Source: an uncultured Thermoanaerobaculia bacterium | GTDB taxonomy: Bacteria; Acidobacteriota; Thermoanaerobaculia; Thermoanaerobaculales; Sulfomarinibacteraceae | NCBI GenBank assembly: GCA_964438135.1 | Contig: CAYTJW010000001.1 | Coordinates: 14,791 to 78,790 of the forward strand | Reading direction: 5' to 3' | Length of the DNA stretch: 64,000 nucleotides | In this document: positions 25,259 to 33,875 of the stretch, piece after piece | How positions within the stretch are numbered: the stretch's first letter is position 1 | Layout of the letters: every line of letters starts with the position of its first letter | Notes under the pieces: model-generated | Database searches by the model: none | What the model was told of the DNA's origin: nothing | What the model saw: only the letters and a program-made list of their open reading frames with translations | Position numbers and translations under genes: made by a program

Positions 25259-28017
25259 TGCCCTGCATCGAAAGGCTTTCGGAAGCCCTTGGTATCAGTC
25301 CGCGAGAGGCCGCGCTTCTCGTGGACTATGTCAATGACCATGCCGCCGAAACGGCGAAGGACCTTGGCATAGAACTCGGCAGCGCGACAACGAACGAAGT
25401 TCTGACCCTCCTGTCCAAGACGAACCGGGATGCGCTCTACGCTGCGATCGGGGACAGGTTCAAGAATAACCGGCTCGACGCCGTGTACAAGCAGGTCAAG
25501 ACTTTCGAGTTCTCGAAGGACACTGAGGCCAGGGTCATCGGCACGGTCATCTCGCAAGTCCAGAGTGGCCGCAAGCCGAACCTGATCGCCGCGCTCAACA
25601 ATGAACTCCTGCGCGTCGCTGCCTCCAGACAGGCCGGGTTCACGAACGCGCTGATGGCTCCGCTCACGAAGTTCATGAACGACCACCCCGAAGTCCGTGC
25701 GATCATGAACTCGATTCTCCCGGAAGGGAAGGCGAAGTGGTCGGAGTTCAACCGCGAAGTGGTCAAGGCGCTGTATCGCGACGACCTCGATTCTCTCGAC
25801 CCGAAGCAGTCCGCCGTCATCCACTGCGCTCAGACGTTGCGCAACATCATGGATGCGTCCAGAATCGTGATGAACGATCAGGGCCTCTCCATCCGCTACC
25901 TCAAAGGGCACGTCCCTTCCGCGACGGATCTCGACAGGATGATCGCCTCGAACAAGGACGCCTGGATCGAATCGCTCATGCGCAACCTGGATTGGGACAA
26001 GGCGTTCCCAAATGCCGATGTCCCCGGGCTGCGCGGCCCTGGCGCGACGGACGCTGCCCGCATGAAGTTCCTCGAAGGGTACTGGCGGGCCATGACCGAG
26101 CGCGGTGTGCAAAAGCACATCGACAAGATCGACGGGCTCACCGAGGGCTTCGCCGTGACCGACAAGCTGGCGCAGCACTTCGAACTCTCGAAAGACCTGT
26201 TCTTTCGCGACGGCGACGCATGGGCCGACTACCACTCGAAGTTCGGGCGCAACGCGGACATCATGTCTCAGATGCTCTACACGGTGATGAACCGCTCCCG
26301 CATGGCTGCGCTGTTTTCCGTCCTCGGCCCGCTGCCTGAGCGCGGGCTCATGTTCATCAAGTCGCGGCTCATGCGCAAGCTGGAAACCGGCGAACTCAAC
26401 CTCGGCATCCGCGAGGCCGCCGATGCGATGGCAAAGCTCTCAGCGCTCGACGTGAACAACGGGAGGCGGCTGATCGGGACCACCATCAAGCAAGCCCTGA
26501 ACCCGGAGGACGGCGGCATCAGCATGGCCCTGGCCGAGGCCAGCGGCGAGACTTTCCACCCGGTCAACCAGACCATCGCGTCGCGCATGGCTATGCTGCG
26601 CGCAGTAAAGTCCATGGCCTCTCTCGGCCGCGCCGTCCTGTCTTCCGTGGCCGACCCCGGCAACGTGCTTTTGAGCATGATGTTCAAGGGGCAGTCCTGG
26701 ACAGGGGCCATGCGCGAGATGTTCCACCAGTTCACGCTCCATGGCGAGGTTCGCAACGGCTTCATGCGCGAGGCGCTGTCCAGGGTCGGCGTCAAGTCCG
26801 GCCCGATGGGCAACGTGTCCGACATGTACCCCTACTTCGTCACCGCCTTCGAGAGTCTCACCGGAGAAATGCACGCTCGGTTCTCTGCCGATGAACCCGG
26901 GAAGACGGCCAAGGCCCTTGCCATGTTCTTTCGTGTGAACTCCCTCGCCTCCTGGACCGACATGATGCGCGGCATGTGCTCTCGCATGAACCAGAACTGG
27001 CTCGGAGATCACGTTCATCTCGGGTTCGACGATCTTCCGGCACGGATGCAGTATTCGCTCCAGATGCACAACATCGGAGCGGCCAAGTGGGAGATGATCA
27101 GGCGCTCGGCGTTCGAGGCTCCCGACCGCAGGAACTACGTCACGCCGGAACTGCTGCGCAACGTGCCGCCTTCGGAGATGCGCAGGATCATCGACGGGCT
27201 CCGCGAGATCCCCGAAGACGCGCCTGAGTTTCTCCGCAACCAGGGCCGGGAGATGAAGGCCCGCTGGAGCGGCGACATAGAGGCGTTCCGCCGCGACGTG
27301 GAGCGCGACCTTCACGCCTTCCTGGCCGACGAGGTCAGAACCGGCGTGATCGAGCAGGACTCCAGGACCCGATACCTGCTGCTCCGTGGCACGAGGCCCG
27401 GGACGCTCCCGGGCGAACTGTTCCGGTTCCTGTCCATGTTCCGCAGCTTCCCCGTGGGCGTGGCCGACAGGCTCGTGATCCCCGGCCTGATGGGCGGACC
27501 CGACAACGGCGCGTTCCGCATGGACATGGCGAAGTGGTGCGCCACCTGCATGGTCCTGGGCTACGCAAGCCAGTGGCTCACGGACGTTTCACAGGGGTAC
27601 TACCCACGCGACGTGACCGGGAAGCATGCCTGGGGCAGCGCGGTCGGCGCGTTCCGCAAGGCCGGGTTCCTGGGCGTCTATGGCGACGTGCTGACGGGGC
27701 TCATGGACACGCCCAACAACCGGCCCTGGATCTTGTCGGCCATCTCCACCGCAGGAGGGCCGGCGGTCAGCACGGGCGTTGACGCCCTGTCCGTCCTCTA
27801 CGCCGGGCTCACAGGCGACGAGGATTGGGCGCGCAAGGCGTTCAGGCTCGCGTGGCAGAACACGCCCGGACAAAACATCTGGTACACTCAGCTTGCCTTC
27901 CAGAAGGCGATTATCGATAACGTCGAGGAATACTTGCAGCCCGGAGTCGTGGCGCGTCGTGAGCGGTTCAACGCGAAGAATGTCGGGCGCAGCCCGATAG
28001 TCCACTCGGAGGAATAG
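25258..28017 (+). CDS. Large virion protein of unknown role (919 aa)
   Basis: TGATG coupling to the 1212-aa gene. C-terminal Gly-rich hydrophobic stretches. Confidence 0.5.
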   Translation: MPCIERLSEALGISPREAALLVDYVNDHAAETAKDLGIELGSATTNEVLTLLSKTNRDALYAAIGDRFKNNRLDAVYKQVKTFEFSKDTEARVIGTVISQVQSGRKPNLIAALNNELLRVAASRQAGFTNALMAPLTKFMNDHPEVRAIMNSILPEGKAKWSEFNREVVKALYRDDLDSLDPKQSAVIHCAQTLRNIMDASRIVMNDQGLSIRYLKGHVPSATDLDRMIASNKDAWIESLMRNLDWDKAFPNADVPGLRGPGATDAARMKFLEGYWRAMTERGVQKHIDKIDGLTEGFAVTDKLAQHFELSKDLFFRDGDAWADYHSKFGRNADIMSQMLYTVMNRSRMAALFSVLGPLPERGLMFIKSRLMRKLETGELNLGIREAADAMAKLSALDVNNGRRLIGTTIKQALNPEDGGISMALAEASGETFHPVNQTIASRMAMLRAVKSMASLGRAVLSSVADPGNVLLSMMFKGQSWTGAMREMFHQFTLHGEVRNGFMREALSRVGVKSGPMGNVSDMYPYFVTAFESLTGEMHARFSADEPGKTAKALAMFFRVNSLASWTDMMRGMCSRMNQNWLGDHVHLGFDDLPARMQYSLQMHNIGAAKWEMIRRSAFEAPDRRNYVTPELLRNVPPSEMRRIIDGLREIPEDAPEFLRNQGREMKARWSGDIEAFRRDVERDLHAFLADEVRTGVIEQDSRTRYLLLRGTRPGTLPGELFRFLSMFRSFPVGVADRLVIPGLMGGPDNGAFRMDMAKWCATCMVLGYASQWLTDVSQGYYPRDVTGKHAWGSAVGAFRKAGFLGVYGDVLTGLMDTPNNRPWILSAISTAGGPAVSTGVDALSVLYAGLTGDEDWARKAFRLAWQNTPGQNIWYTQLAFQKAIIDNVEEYLQPGVVARRERFNAKNVGRSPIVHSEE

Positions 28018-30420
28018 ATGACGCTTTCCAGCACTCTCCCCCTGGCGTTGGCGCTCGGGAACGGGATCGCGACGGAGTTCGCCGTCGGGTTCAAGATCTT
28101 CTCCGAGGACGCCCTGGTCGTCTACTCCATCGACAACGACCCGAGCAGCGAAACGTACAGGGAGCAAACGCTTCTTGTCCGTGGAACGGACTACAATGTC
28201 AGCGGCGTCGGTGTGGCTTCTGGCTGCACCGTCACGTTCGTTTCCGCCCCGTCCGCCCTCACTGCCCTTATGTTTACGAGCGAGACTTCGCTGAGCCAGG
28301 AAACCGCGTACACCGGAACGGCGTTCCCCTCCGCTGCGCACGAGCGGGCGCTCGACATGTTGACTCGCATGATGCAGGAGCTTTCGCTGCGCAACAACAA
28401 CTCGATCCGCTTCCCTCTCCAGGACGGCGACGATTTTGATGTTGAGCTTCCGCCGAAGGCGATCCGCGCAAGCAAGATGTTCGGGTTCGACGAGAACGGC
28501 GACATCCTCATGATCGACAACCTGTCGCCCGAAACCGTCGCGACTCTCGGGCAGAGGATCGACGATCTCGAAGTCATCGAACCGCAGCTTGAGGCTGATG
28601 CCGCCGCCGCCGCTGCCGCTGCTGCCGCAGCCGAATCCGCCCAGGTCGCAGCCGAAGCCGCTCAGGCCGCCGTCGAGGCCGCGCTTCCTGGCGTCGAGGC
28701 CGAACTTTCCTCCCTGCGGGCCGACATCGCCGCCGAGGCGTTCGCCAGGGCCGAAGGCGATGCCGCCGCCTCCCGTCAGTATCTCGGAAACGGCTGGATC
28801 GACACCCTTGCTGATGCTGACGACGTGACGCTGACCAACGCTGCCATCGACAGCGGAGGGATTTCCAACGCCGGAGCGGACAACGCGGTCACGGCCCTGG
28901 ACCTGACAACGGCGCAGTTCCTCGACGAGAAGGGAAGCATCACCACCTTCACCTGCGACACGGCCAACACCTCGGGCCACTTCAACACGGCCGCTACTGC
29001 TCGTGTCAAGGCTGGGTGCCGCATGGTCATCAATGGGGTGAGCTATCCCATCCTGTCCATCACGGGTGACGGCACTGCCGCCAACTCCGTGGTCTTTGCC
29101 GGAACCCTGACCACCGGAGCCAAGACGCTCACCGCGATACACGGCTGCAAGCTCAATGGCGCGGCCCTGGCCCTTAGCGACGGCATCGGCGCAGCGACCT
29201 ATTCCCATGCTCTGTCCTCGGGCGACCGCACGGCCCACATCACGGTCACGGCCTCGGCCGGGCTCGTCGAGGCAGGTACTGCCAACAACGTGGTGGACGG
29301 CTCCACGGTCTACAGCGAGGACAACTACATCTACTTTCCGGTGAGCCTCGCCGTGGCTGGGCATTACTTGTCCTTCCAGTTCGACGAGGCCGTTTGTATC
29401 AAGGAAGTCACGGTAGCAAACTACAACAGCGCCACCTGCGGCACATGGAAGTGGCAGGTCCACAACGGGTCCGCCTGGGTGGACGTGAGCGCCGCCGCCG
29501 ACCTTGGCGGGACCACGTCGCGGGTCTACTCCCTGTCCGGGAACACACTCTACGCCACCCAGTACAGGCTGCTCGGCGTGTCCGGCAACAACGCCTCCAG
29601 CGGCCGCAACTCCAACCTGGAGATGACCTTCTCCATCGCGCCAAAGGCTTACCCGACCGGCGTCGTCTACCCCCTGTCCCTGGCCGTGGACTGCACGGAC
29701 TGGACCGCGCTCAAGGCCCTGGCCCGCACCGAAACCCTGAACAGCCAGTTCATTTGGTACGCTCTGTCCTTTGACGGCGGGACCACCTATAGCGCGTTCG
29801 CGTCCTCGGCTTGGCTGCCCATTGTGCGGAACAACGCGGGGACGTGGCAGTATTGGACCGGCTCGGCCTGGAGTAACGCCGGGGGTTACAACACCGCGTT
29901 GTGGGCCATGGTCGTGGCCGCTGGAAACGTCCCTGGAAACCGCATGACCGGGGCGACCCTGGCCGGGCTGTCCCAGGCCCAGATCGAGGGCAGCGGAGGG
30001 TTCACTGGCGGACAGACCACCATACCCGTGCTGGCGACCATGTACTCTACCAGCACTACGGCCACGCCAGTTCTGTCGGCCATGTCCATGACCTCGGACA
30101 TCCAGCCGCACGACATGGTGGCCGAGTTCGATGCGTTCGAGGCCACGGACCCGGACATGGGGCTCTGCGTGTTCGTTCTCGACGCCATCGACGACGTGAC
30201 CCTGGACACCGATCTCAAGGCGTGGATGAAGCGCGGGACCGGAGAGTACCAGCAGATAGACCTGGAGGTTCTCCAGCCCTTCGATGCAGACAGCGTCCTC
30301 GTCATCGGTGAGGCCGACATGATCGCCGGGACCGGAACCTCGACGCAATTCAAGCTCACGAGCCACAACCACAAGGAAATGCGGATCAAGGATGCGGCCA
30401 ACCGCTTCCGTTCCGCGTAG
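28018..30420 (+). CDS. Tail fibre / receptor-binding protein (800 aa)
   Basis: N-terminal fibre-adaptor pattern (GNGIATEFAVGFKIF...LVRGTDYNV...AHERALDMLTRMMQEL), Ala-rich coiled coil, Gly/Thr/Ser/Trp-rich C-terminal part. Confidence 0.75.
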   Translation: MTLSSTLPLALALGNGIATEFAVGFKIFSEDALVVYSIDNDPSSETYREQTLLVRGTDYNVSGVGVASGCTVTFVSAPSALTALMFTSETSLSQETAYTGTAFPSAAHERALDMLTRMMQELSLRNNNSIRFPLQDGDDFDVELPPKAIRASKMFGFDENGDILMIDNLSPETVATLGQRIDDLEVIEPQLEADAAAAAAAAAAAESAQVAAEAAQAAVEAALPGVEAELSSLRADIAAEAFARAEGDAAASRQYLGNGWIDTLADADDVTLTNAAIDSGGISNAGADNAVTALDLTTAQFLDEKGSITTFTCDTANTSGHFNTAATARVKAGCRMVINGVSYPILSITGDGTAANSVVFAGTLTTGAKTLTAIHGCKLNGAALALSDGIGAATYSHALSSGDRTAHITVTASAGLVEAGTANNVVDGSTVYSEDNYIYFPVSLAVAGHYLSFQFDEAVCIKEVTVANYNSATCGTWKWQVHNGSAWVDVSAAADLGGTTSRVYSLSGNTLYATQYRLLGVSGNNASSGRNSNLEMTFSIAPKAYPTGVVYPLSLAVDCTDWTALKALARTETLNSQFIWYALSFDGGTTYSAFASSAWLPIVRNNAGTWQYWTGSAWSNAGGYNTALWAMVVAAGNVPGNRMTGATLAGLSQAQIEGSGGFTGGQTTIPVLATMYSTSTTATPVLSAMSMTSDIQPHDMVAEFDAFEATDPDMGLCVFVLDAIDDVTLDTDLKAWMKRGTGEYQQIDLEVLQPFDADSVLVIGEADMIAGTGTSTQFKLTSHNHKEMRIKDAANRFRSA

Positions 30421-30432
30421 GAGGATGGCCCT

Positions 30433-30501
30433 ATGTCTCGCATCATCATCAGGCCGGTTCCGGCCCCCGGTGACAAGGAAGTCAAGGGGAGCGGGAAGTG
30501 A
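30433..30501 (+). CDS. 22-aa leader ORF (MSRIIIRPVPAPGDKEVKGSGK) coupled to the endolysin start
   Basis: AGGAGGA 7 nt before the ATG. Its TGA overlaps the endolysin GTG (GTGA). Confidence 0.35.
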   Translation: MSRIIIRPVPAPGDKEVKGSGK

Positions 30502-30953
30502 ACCTCTCCACGCACTTCACACTGGCCGAGTTCCTGCGGTCGCGTACCGCTGCCCGCATGGGTCGCGTGATCGAGGCTCCCGAGAACATCGTGGAGAACC
30601 TCCGGCTACTCTGCGCGAACGTCCTCCAGCCGCTGCGCGATTATCTTGGGGTCAGCATCGTGATCTGGAGCGGCTACCGTCCGAAGTGGCTCAACGATCT
30701 GACACCCGGATCGTCCAAAACCTCGGACCATATGATCGGCTGCGCCGCCGACATCCACTGCGAGACCGTGAAGCCCTACGCCGTGGCGCAGGCTGCGATC
30801 AACCTGCGGCTCCCGTTCAAGCAGTGCATCCTGGAGTTCGGTGAGTGGACGCACCTGTCCTACGACCCCACGGTCCAGATTCCCAAGCGCGAGGTTCTGA
30901 CGGCGAAGGTGGTCAACGGCAAGACACAGTACATCAATGGCCTGGAGGTCTAG
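30498..30953 (+). CDS. Endolysin, peptidase M15 (zinc D-Ala-D-Ala carboxypeptidase-like) family (151 aa)
   Basis: SGYR, SDHMIGCAAD and a later His. Matches the M15 metal-ligand pattern. Confidence 0.8.
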   Translation: MNLSTHFTLAEFLRSRTAARMGRVIEAPENIVENLRLLCANVLQPLRDYLGVSIVIWSGYRPKWLNDLTPGSSKTSDHMIGCAADIHCETVKPYAVAQAAINLRLPFKQCILEFGEWTHLSYDPTVQIPKREVLTAKVVNGKTQYINGLEV

Positions 30954-30954
30954 C

Positions 30955-31107
30955 ATGGACACGAAGATCAAAGACGAGTTCGGCAACGCGGTCGAATCCG
31001 CGAACAAGGTTGGCACCGCGTTCTGGCGCACCTACCGCTGGTACGTCGTGGCCACGGCCATCATCTGCCTGGGCCTCGTGTGCCTGGGTATCTACATCGG
31101 GAGCTAG
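30955..31107 (+). CDS. 50-aa tail-anchored membrane protein (lysis accessory candidate)
   Basis: GGAGG RBS. High GC3. C-terminal TM helix. Not in the ORF track (under 60 aa). Confidence 0.5.
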   Translation: MDTKIKDEFGNAVESANKVGTAFWRTYRWYVVATAIICLGLVCLGIYIGS

Positions 31108-31109
31108 TC

Positions 31110-31643
31110 ATGGCGTTCGATTGGAGAGCCATCGTCAAAACAGTCGCCCCGGCGCTCGGCACCATGTTCGGTGGTCCGCTCGGCGGGATCGCCGCGACGG
31201 CCATTACTTCCGCGCTCGGGATCGAGGCCGACAGCACGGAAGACCAAATCGCTGCGGCCGTCCGCACCGCCACGCCGGAACAGCTTCTTGCGCTCAAGGC
31301 CGCTGAGAATCAGTTCAAGCTCGACATGGAGCGCCTCGGCCTGGACTACGAGAAGATCGCGGCCGATGACAGGGACAGCGCCAGGGAGCGTGAAGTGACA
31401 CTGTCCCAGGCAGGGGACCGCGTAGGGGCCTGGGCCACGCACGTCGTTTCCACTATCGTCACCGTCGGGTTCTTCGCCACCCTCTACATTGTACTCGGTG
31501 GCAAAGTCTCCACGGACAATCAGGCGGCCCTGCTGCTGCTCGGCACAATGAGCGCGGGGTTCGGCGCGGTGGTCCAGTATTACCTGGGGTCGAGCGCAGG
31601 GTCCAAGGAAAAGAACTCCATCCTCGCGGGGCTCAAGAAGTGA
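31110..31643 (+). CDS. Putative holin, multi-TM (GTA/3TM-holin-like) (177 aa)
   Basis: Gly-rich N-terminal segment, DRDSARERE motif, then two hydrophobic helices. Lysis-cassette position. Confidence 0.5.
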   Translation: MAFDWRAIVKTVAPALGTMFGGPLGGIAATAITSALGIEADSTEDQIAAAVRTATPEQLLALKAAENQFKLDMERLGLDYEKIAADDRDSAREREVTLSQAGDRVGAWATHVVSTIVTVGFFATLYIVLGGKVSTDNQAALLLLGTMSAGFGAVVQYYLGSSAGSKEKNSILAGLKK

Positions 31644-32002
31644 ACGCCGAAGAACTTGAGGTTCTCCGCATTCTGGTATCTGAGTCGGTTGCCGAGGCTC
31701 TCCGCAGCGCGGACAAAAACCATTGCAACCTGACTCCCGACCAGAAGCTCGAGCTCAGCCACTTGATGGGACTGCTGCGCGACATCGGTGACGGTGACAT
31801 CGCCGCAGGTATCGAAGTCCTGCGTTCGATGGTCAAGCTCGCACCAGCAGAGGAGCGCCAGGAAAATCACAAGTTTGTTTCCGCGTGGCGGCAGGGCACA
31901 CACTGTGTGAAGACAAGCGCGATCAAGGCTGTGGTCGCCGTCGTTATACCCGGGATTCTCTTTCTGATCTGGATGGCCGTGACAGGCCGCGCCCCCAAGT
32001 AG
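31640..32002 (+). CDS. 120-aa protein with a C-terminal TM anchor (GTG start); last late gene
   Basis: GTGA coupling to the holin stop. Hydrophobic C-terminus AVVAVVIPGILFLIWMAV. Confidence 0.5.
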   Translation: MNAEELEVLRILVSESVAEALRSADKNHCNLTPDQKLELSHLMGLLRDIGDGDIAAGIEVLRSMVKLAPAEERQENHKFVSAWRQGTHCVKTSAIKAVVAVVIPGILFLIWMAVTGRAPK

Positions 32003-32013
32003 CTCCCCCTGGC

Positions 32014-32060
32014 AAAAAAATAGGGTGCCCGCGCAAGCTCCAAGCTCACGCGGGCACCCT
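32014..32060 (-). terminator. Intrinsic terminator for the leftward operon at the convergence point (hairpin may also stop rightward transcripts)
   Basis: 12-bp perfect stem AGGGTGCCCGCG/CGCGGGCACCCT followed on the minus strand by T7. Confidence 0.75.
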
Positions 32061-32124
32061 TCGCCCAAGGAGGTCCACTACCGGCCCCAGGCTACCATGC
32101 CTTGCCGGTCAGTGAAGCCCTCGT

Positions 32125-32595
32125 TCAGTTGTTTCTCTTGGCCTTCTTGCGCTTCTGGGCCTTGGCCTTGGCCTTGGCCTTGGCCTTAGCCGGGGCCTTC
32201 CGGCGCTTCGGGGCCTTCACGTCAGGGATCAGAATGTTCATAAGAGGGTCGCAGGACATGGGTTCGTCGATCTGGTTGTCCACGCCGTCCTCCAGGCGCT
32301 CGATCAGAAGCGCCTCCAGGAGGACCATGTAGTTGATGTGGTCCCCGAGCTTCTCGTCGATCATCTCCCGCGTGAGCGGGATGCGGCCCTTGACCATGTC
32401 CTCGATGCAGACGCGATGCTTGAGGTCCATGCCCATGAGGGCTTCTTCCGGGGTGACGCCGGCCATGCGGGCAGCGACCTTGAAGTTGTGGAGCCGGTCC
32501 TCGCCCGTGGCGTACTCCTTGGCCTTGGCCCCGAGGATCTGAACGATCCGATCGCGCCGACGGTACATGAGCAGTTCAAAGCGTTCGGTCTTCAT
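32125..32595 (-). CDS. All-alpha MazG/DUF1599-like nucleotide pyrophosphohydrolase-like protein with a Lys/Ala-rich tail (156 aa)
   Basis: AAGGAG RBS. KAKEYATGEDRLHNF ... LKHRVCIEDM ... GDHINYMVLLEALL pattern. C-terminal AKAKAKAKAK. Confidence 0.45.
   Translation of the reverse strand: MKTERFELLMYRRRDRIVQILGAKAKEYATGEDRLHNFKVAARMAGVTPEEALMGMDLKHRVCIEDMVKGRIPLTREMIDEKLGDHINYMVLLEALLIERLEDGVDNQIDEPMSCDPLMNILIPDVKAPKRRKAPAKAKAKAKAKAQKRKKAKRNN
32158..32187. repeat. (GGCCTT)x5 hexanucleotide tandem repeat encoding (AK)n
   Basis: Read directly. Confidence 0.9.
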
Positions 32596-32598
32596 GGA

Positions 32599-33444
32599 TC
32601 ACTCCTTGTTGGTTTCGCAGACATGGGCACAAGCGGCCTTGACCGTTTTGAGGCTCACGCCGCACTTGGTGCAGACGATGTTGAAGTTGTCGCCCAGGCC
32701 CGACTCGTCCACATCGCCGAGGCATTCCCGGCAGTAGAGTTCGTCGGTGTCCAGTTCGTCGGTGACGCGGAACTGGCCGGGTTCGGCTTCACAGGCGCAG
32801 CAGGGTTCGGCGGGCGGCTCGGGCTTGGGTTCGGACTCCGGCTCCGGCTCCTTCGGATCAGACTCCGGCTTCGAGACCGGCAGCGGGATCTGTTCTCCCG
32901 GGTAGGGGTCGCGCTCGACCAGGACGCGACCGTTGCTCGGGTCCACGGTGAAGAACTTGCGGAGCAGATGGTCGTAGTGGAACGCGGCGGTCAGGTAGAG
33001 AGACTTCGTGCCGGTGCGGGCTTCCTCGCTGCGTTCCTTGATCTGCTTCTTGAGCGTCTTGATCTCGGCCTTCACATTGGCCGAGTATTCCTTGAGGTCT
33101 TCCTCCTTCCGCTCCAGTTCCTTGAGCAAGAACGCCGTGGAGCGACCGGCCTCGGTGCGTTCCTGCTCCGTCAGGGTGATGGAGAAGTTGTCGGAGATGC
33201 TCCGCAGGTTCGTGACGTGCGGCTGCTGCCGCCACTTGTCGTAGCCGTCGGTGTGGATGTCGGCCGCGATGTAGGCGTCGAGAACCGTTTCGCCCTCCTG
33301 GAGAACGACGGCATCGCCTTCCTCGGTGACGGGCTCCTCGGTGACGGGCTTGTCGCAGTCCTCGCAGAGAATGTTCCCGTCGAATTCCCTCCACTTTCTT
33401 GTGCGCTTCCCGCAGTTCCCACAGGTCTTCTTTCCCTTGGACAT
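32599..33444 (-). CDS. Zinc-ribbon / coiled-coil protein (281 aa)
   Basis: AGGAGGA RBS. N-terminal CGNCG...CEDC. Central heptad region. PE-rich linker. C-terminal Cys clusters. Confidence 0.65.
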   Translation of the reverse strand: MSKGKKTCGNCGKRTRKWREFDGNILCEDCDKPVTEEPVTEEGDAVVLQEGETVLDAYIAADIHTDGYDKWRQQPHVTNLRSISDNFSITLTEQERTEAGRSTAFLLKELERKEEDLKEYSANVKAEIKTLKKQIKERSEEARTGTKSLYLTAAFHYDHLLRKFFTVDPSNGRVLVERDPYPGEQIPLPVSKPESDPKEPEPESEPKPEPPAEPCCACEAEPGQFRVTDELDTDELYCRECLGDVDESGLGDNFNIVCTKCGVSLKTVKAACAHVCETNKE

Positions 33445-33461
33445 GGAATCCTCCTGTCTGG

Positions 33462-33866
33462 TTAAAGAGTGAAATGTCCCATATATTGCCCGCCGGATCT
33501 CACGATCTGGAGAGCTTCTTCAACGCTTGTGTACACGCCGACGATCGCGCCACAAGCGTAGGCTACCTTGAGAAAGTCGTGCTGAGCCCTCGTGACCTTG
33601 TATTTCTTTGGGTCAACCTTGCCCTCCAGATAAAAGGCCCTGCCGTTGCAGACCCCGTAGACATCGGCGTGTCCGTGAGGAGTCATCACAGACGCATGAT
33701 GCTTGTGCGCAAGGATGCCGTCTTCCGAGTTGAGCGCACGGACGACCTTGCTGTTAAGCACACCCTCTCCCGTCGTTCCCCTTACGCGGTTCTGCCTGTT
33801 CGCAGCGGCATTGGCCTTGTCCTTTTCGAGCAGGATCTTTTCCAGGTGTGCTGCTGTTTGTGTCAT
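33462..33866 (-). CDS. VRR-NUC domain nuclease (134 aa)
   Basis: HGHADVYG ... YLEGK ... RAQHDFL ... GVYTSVEEAL matches the VRR-NUC D...ExK...Q pattern. Confidence 0.65.
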   Translation of the reverse strand: MTQTAAHLEKILLEKDKANAAANRQNRVRGTTGEGVLNSKVVRALNSEDGILAHKHHASVMTPHGHADVYGVCNGRAFYLEGKVDPKKYKVTRAQHDFLKVAYACGAIVGVYTSVEEALQIVRSGGQYMGHFTL

Positions 33867-33875
33867 GGCTTCCAC

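Noticed and set aside
27589-30372. 927-aa ORF on the minus strand, antisense to the 919-aa virion protein and tail-fibre genes
   Set aside because: Shadow ORF typical of GC-rich DNA. The composition is Arg/Gly/Val/Asp/His-rich junk, there is no RBS, and the opposite strand carries recognisable, translationally coupled genes.
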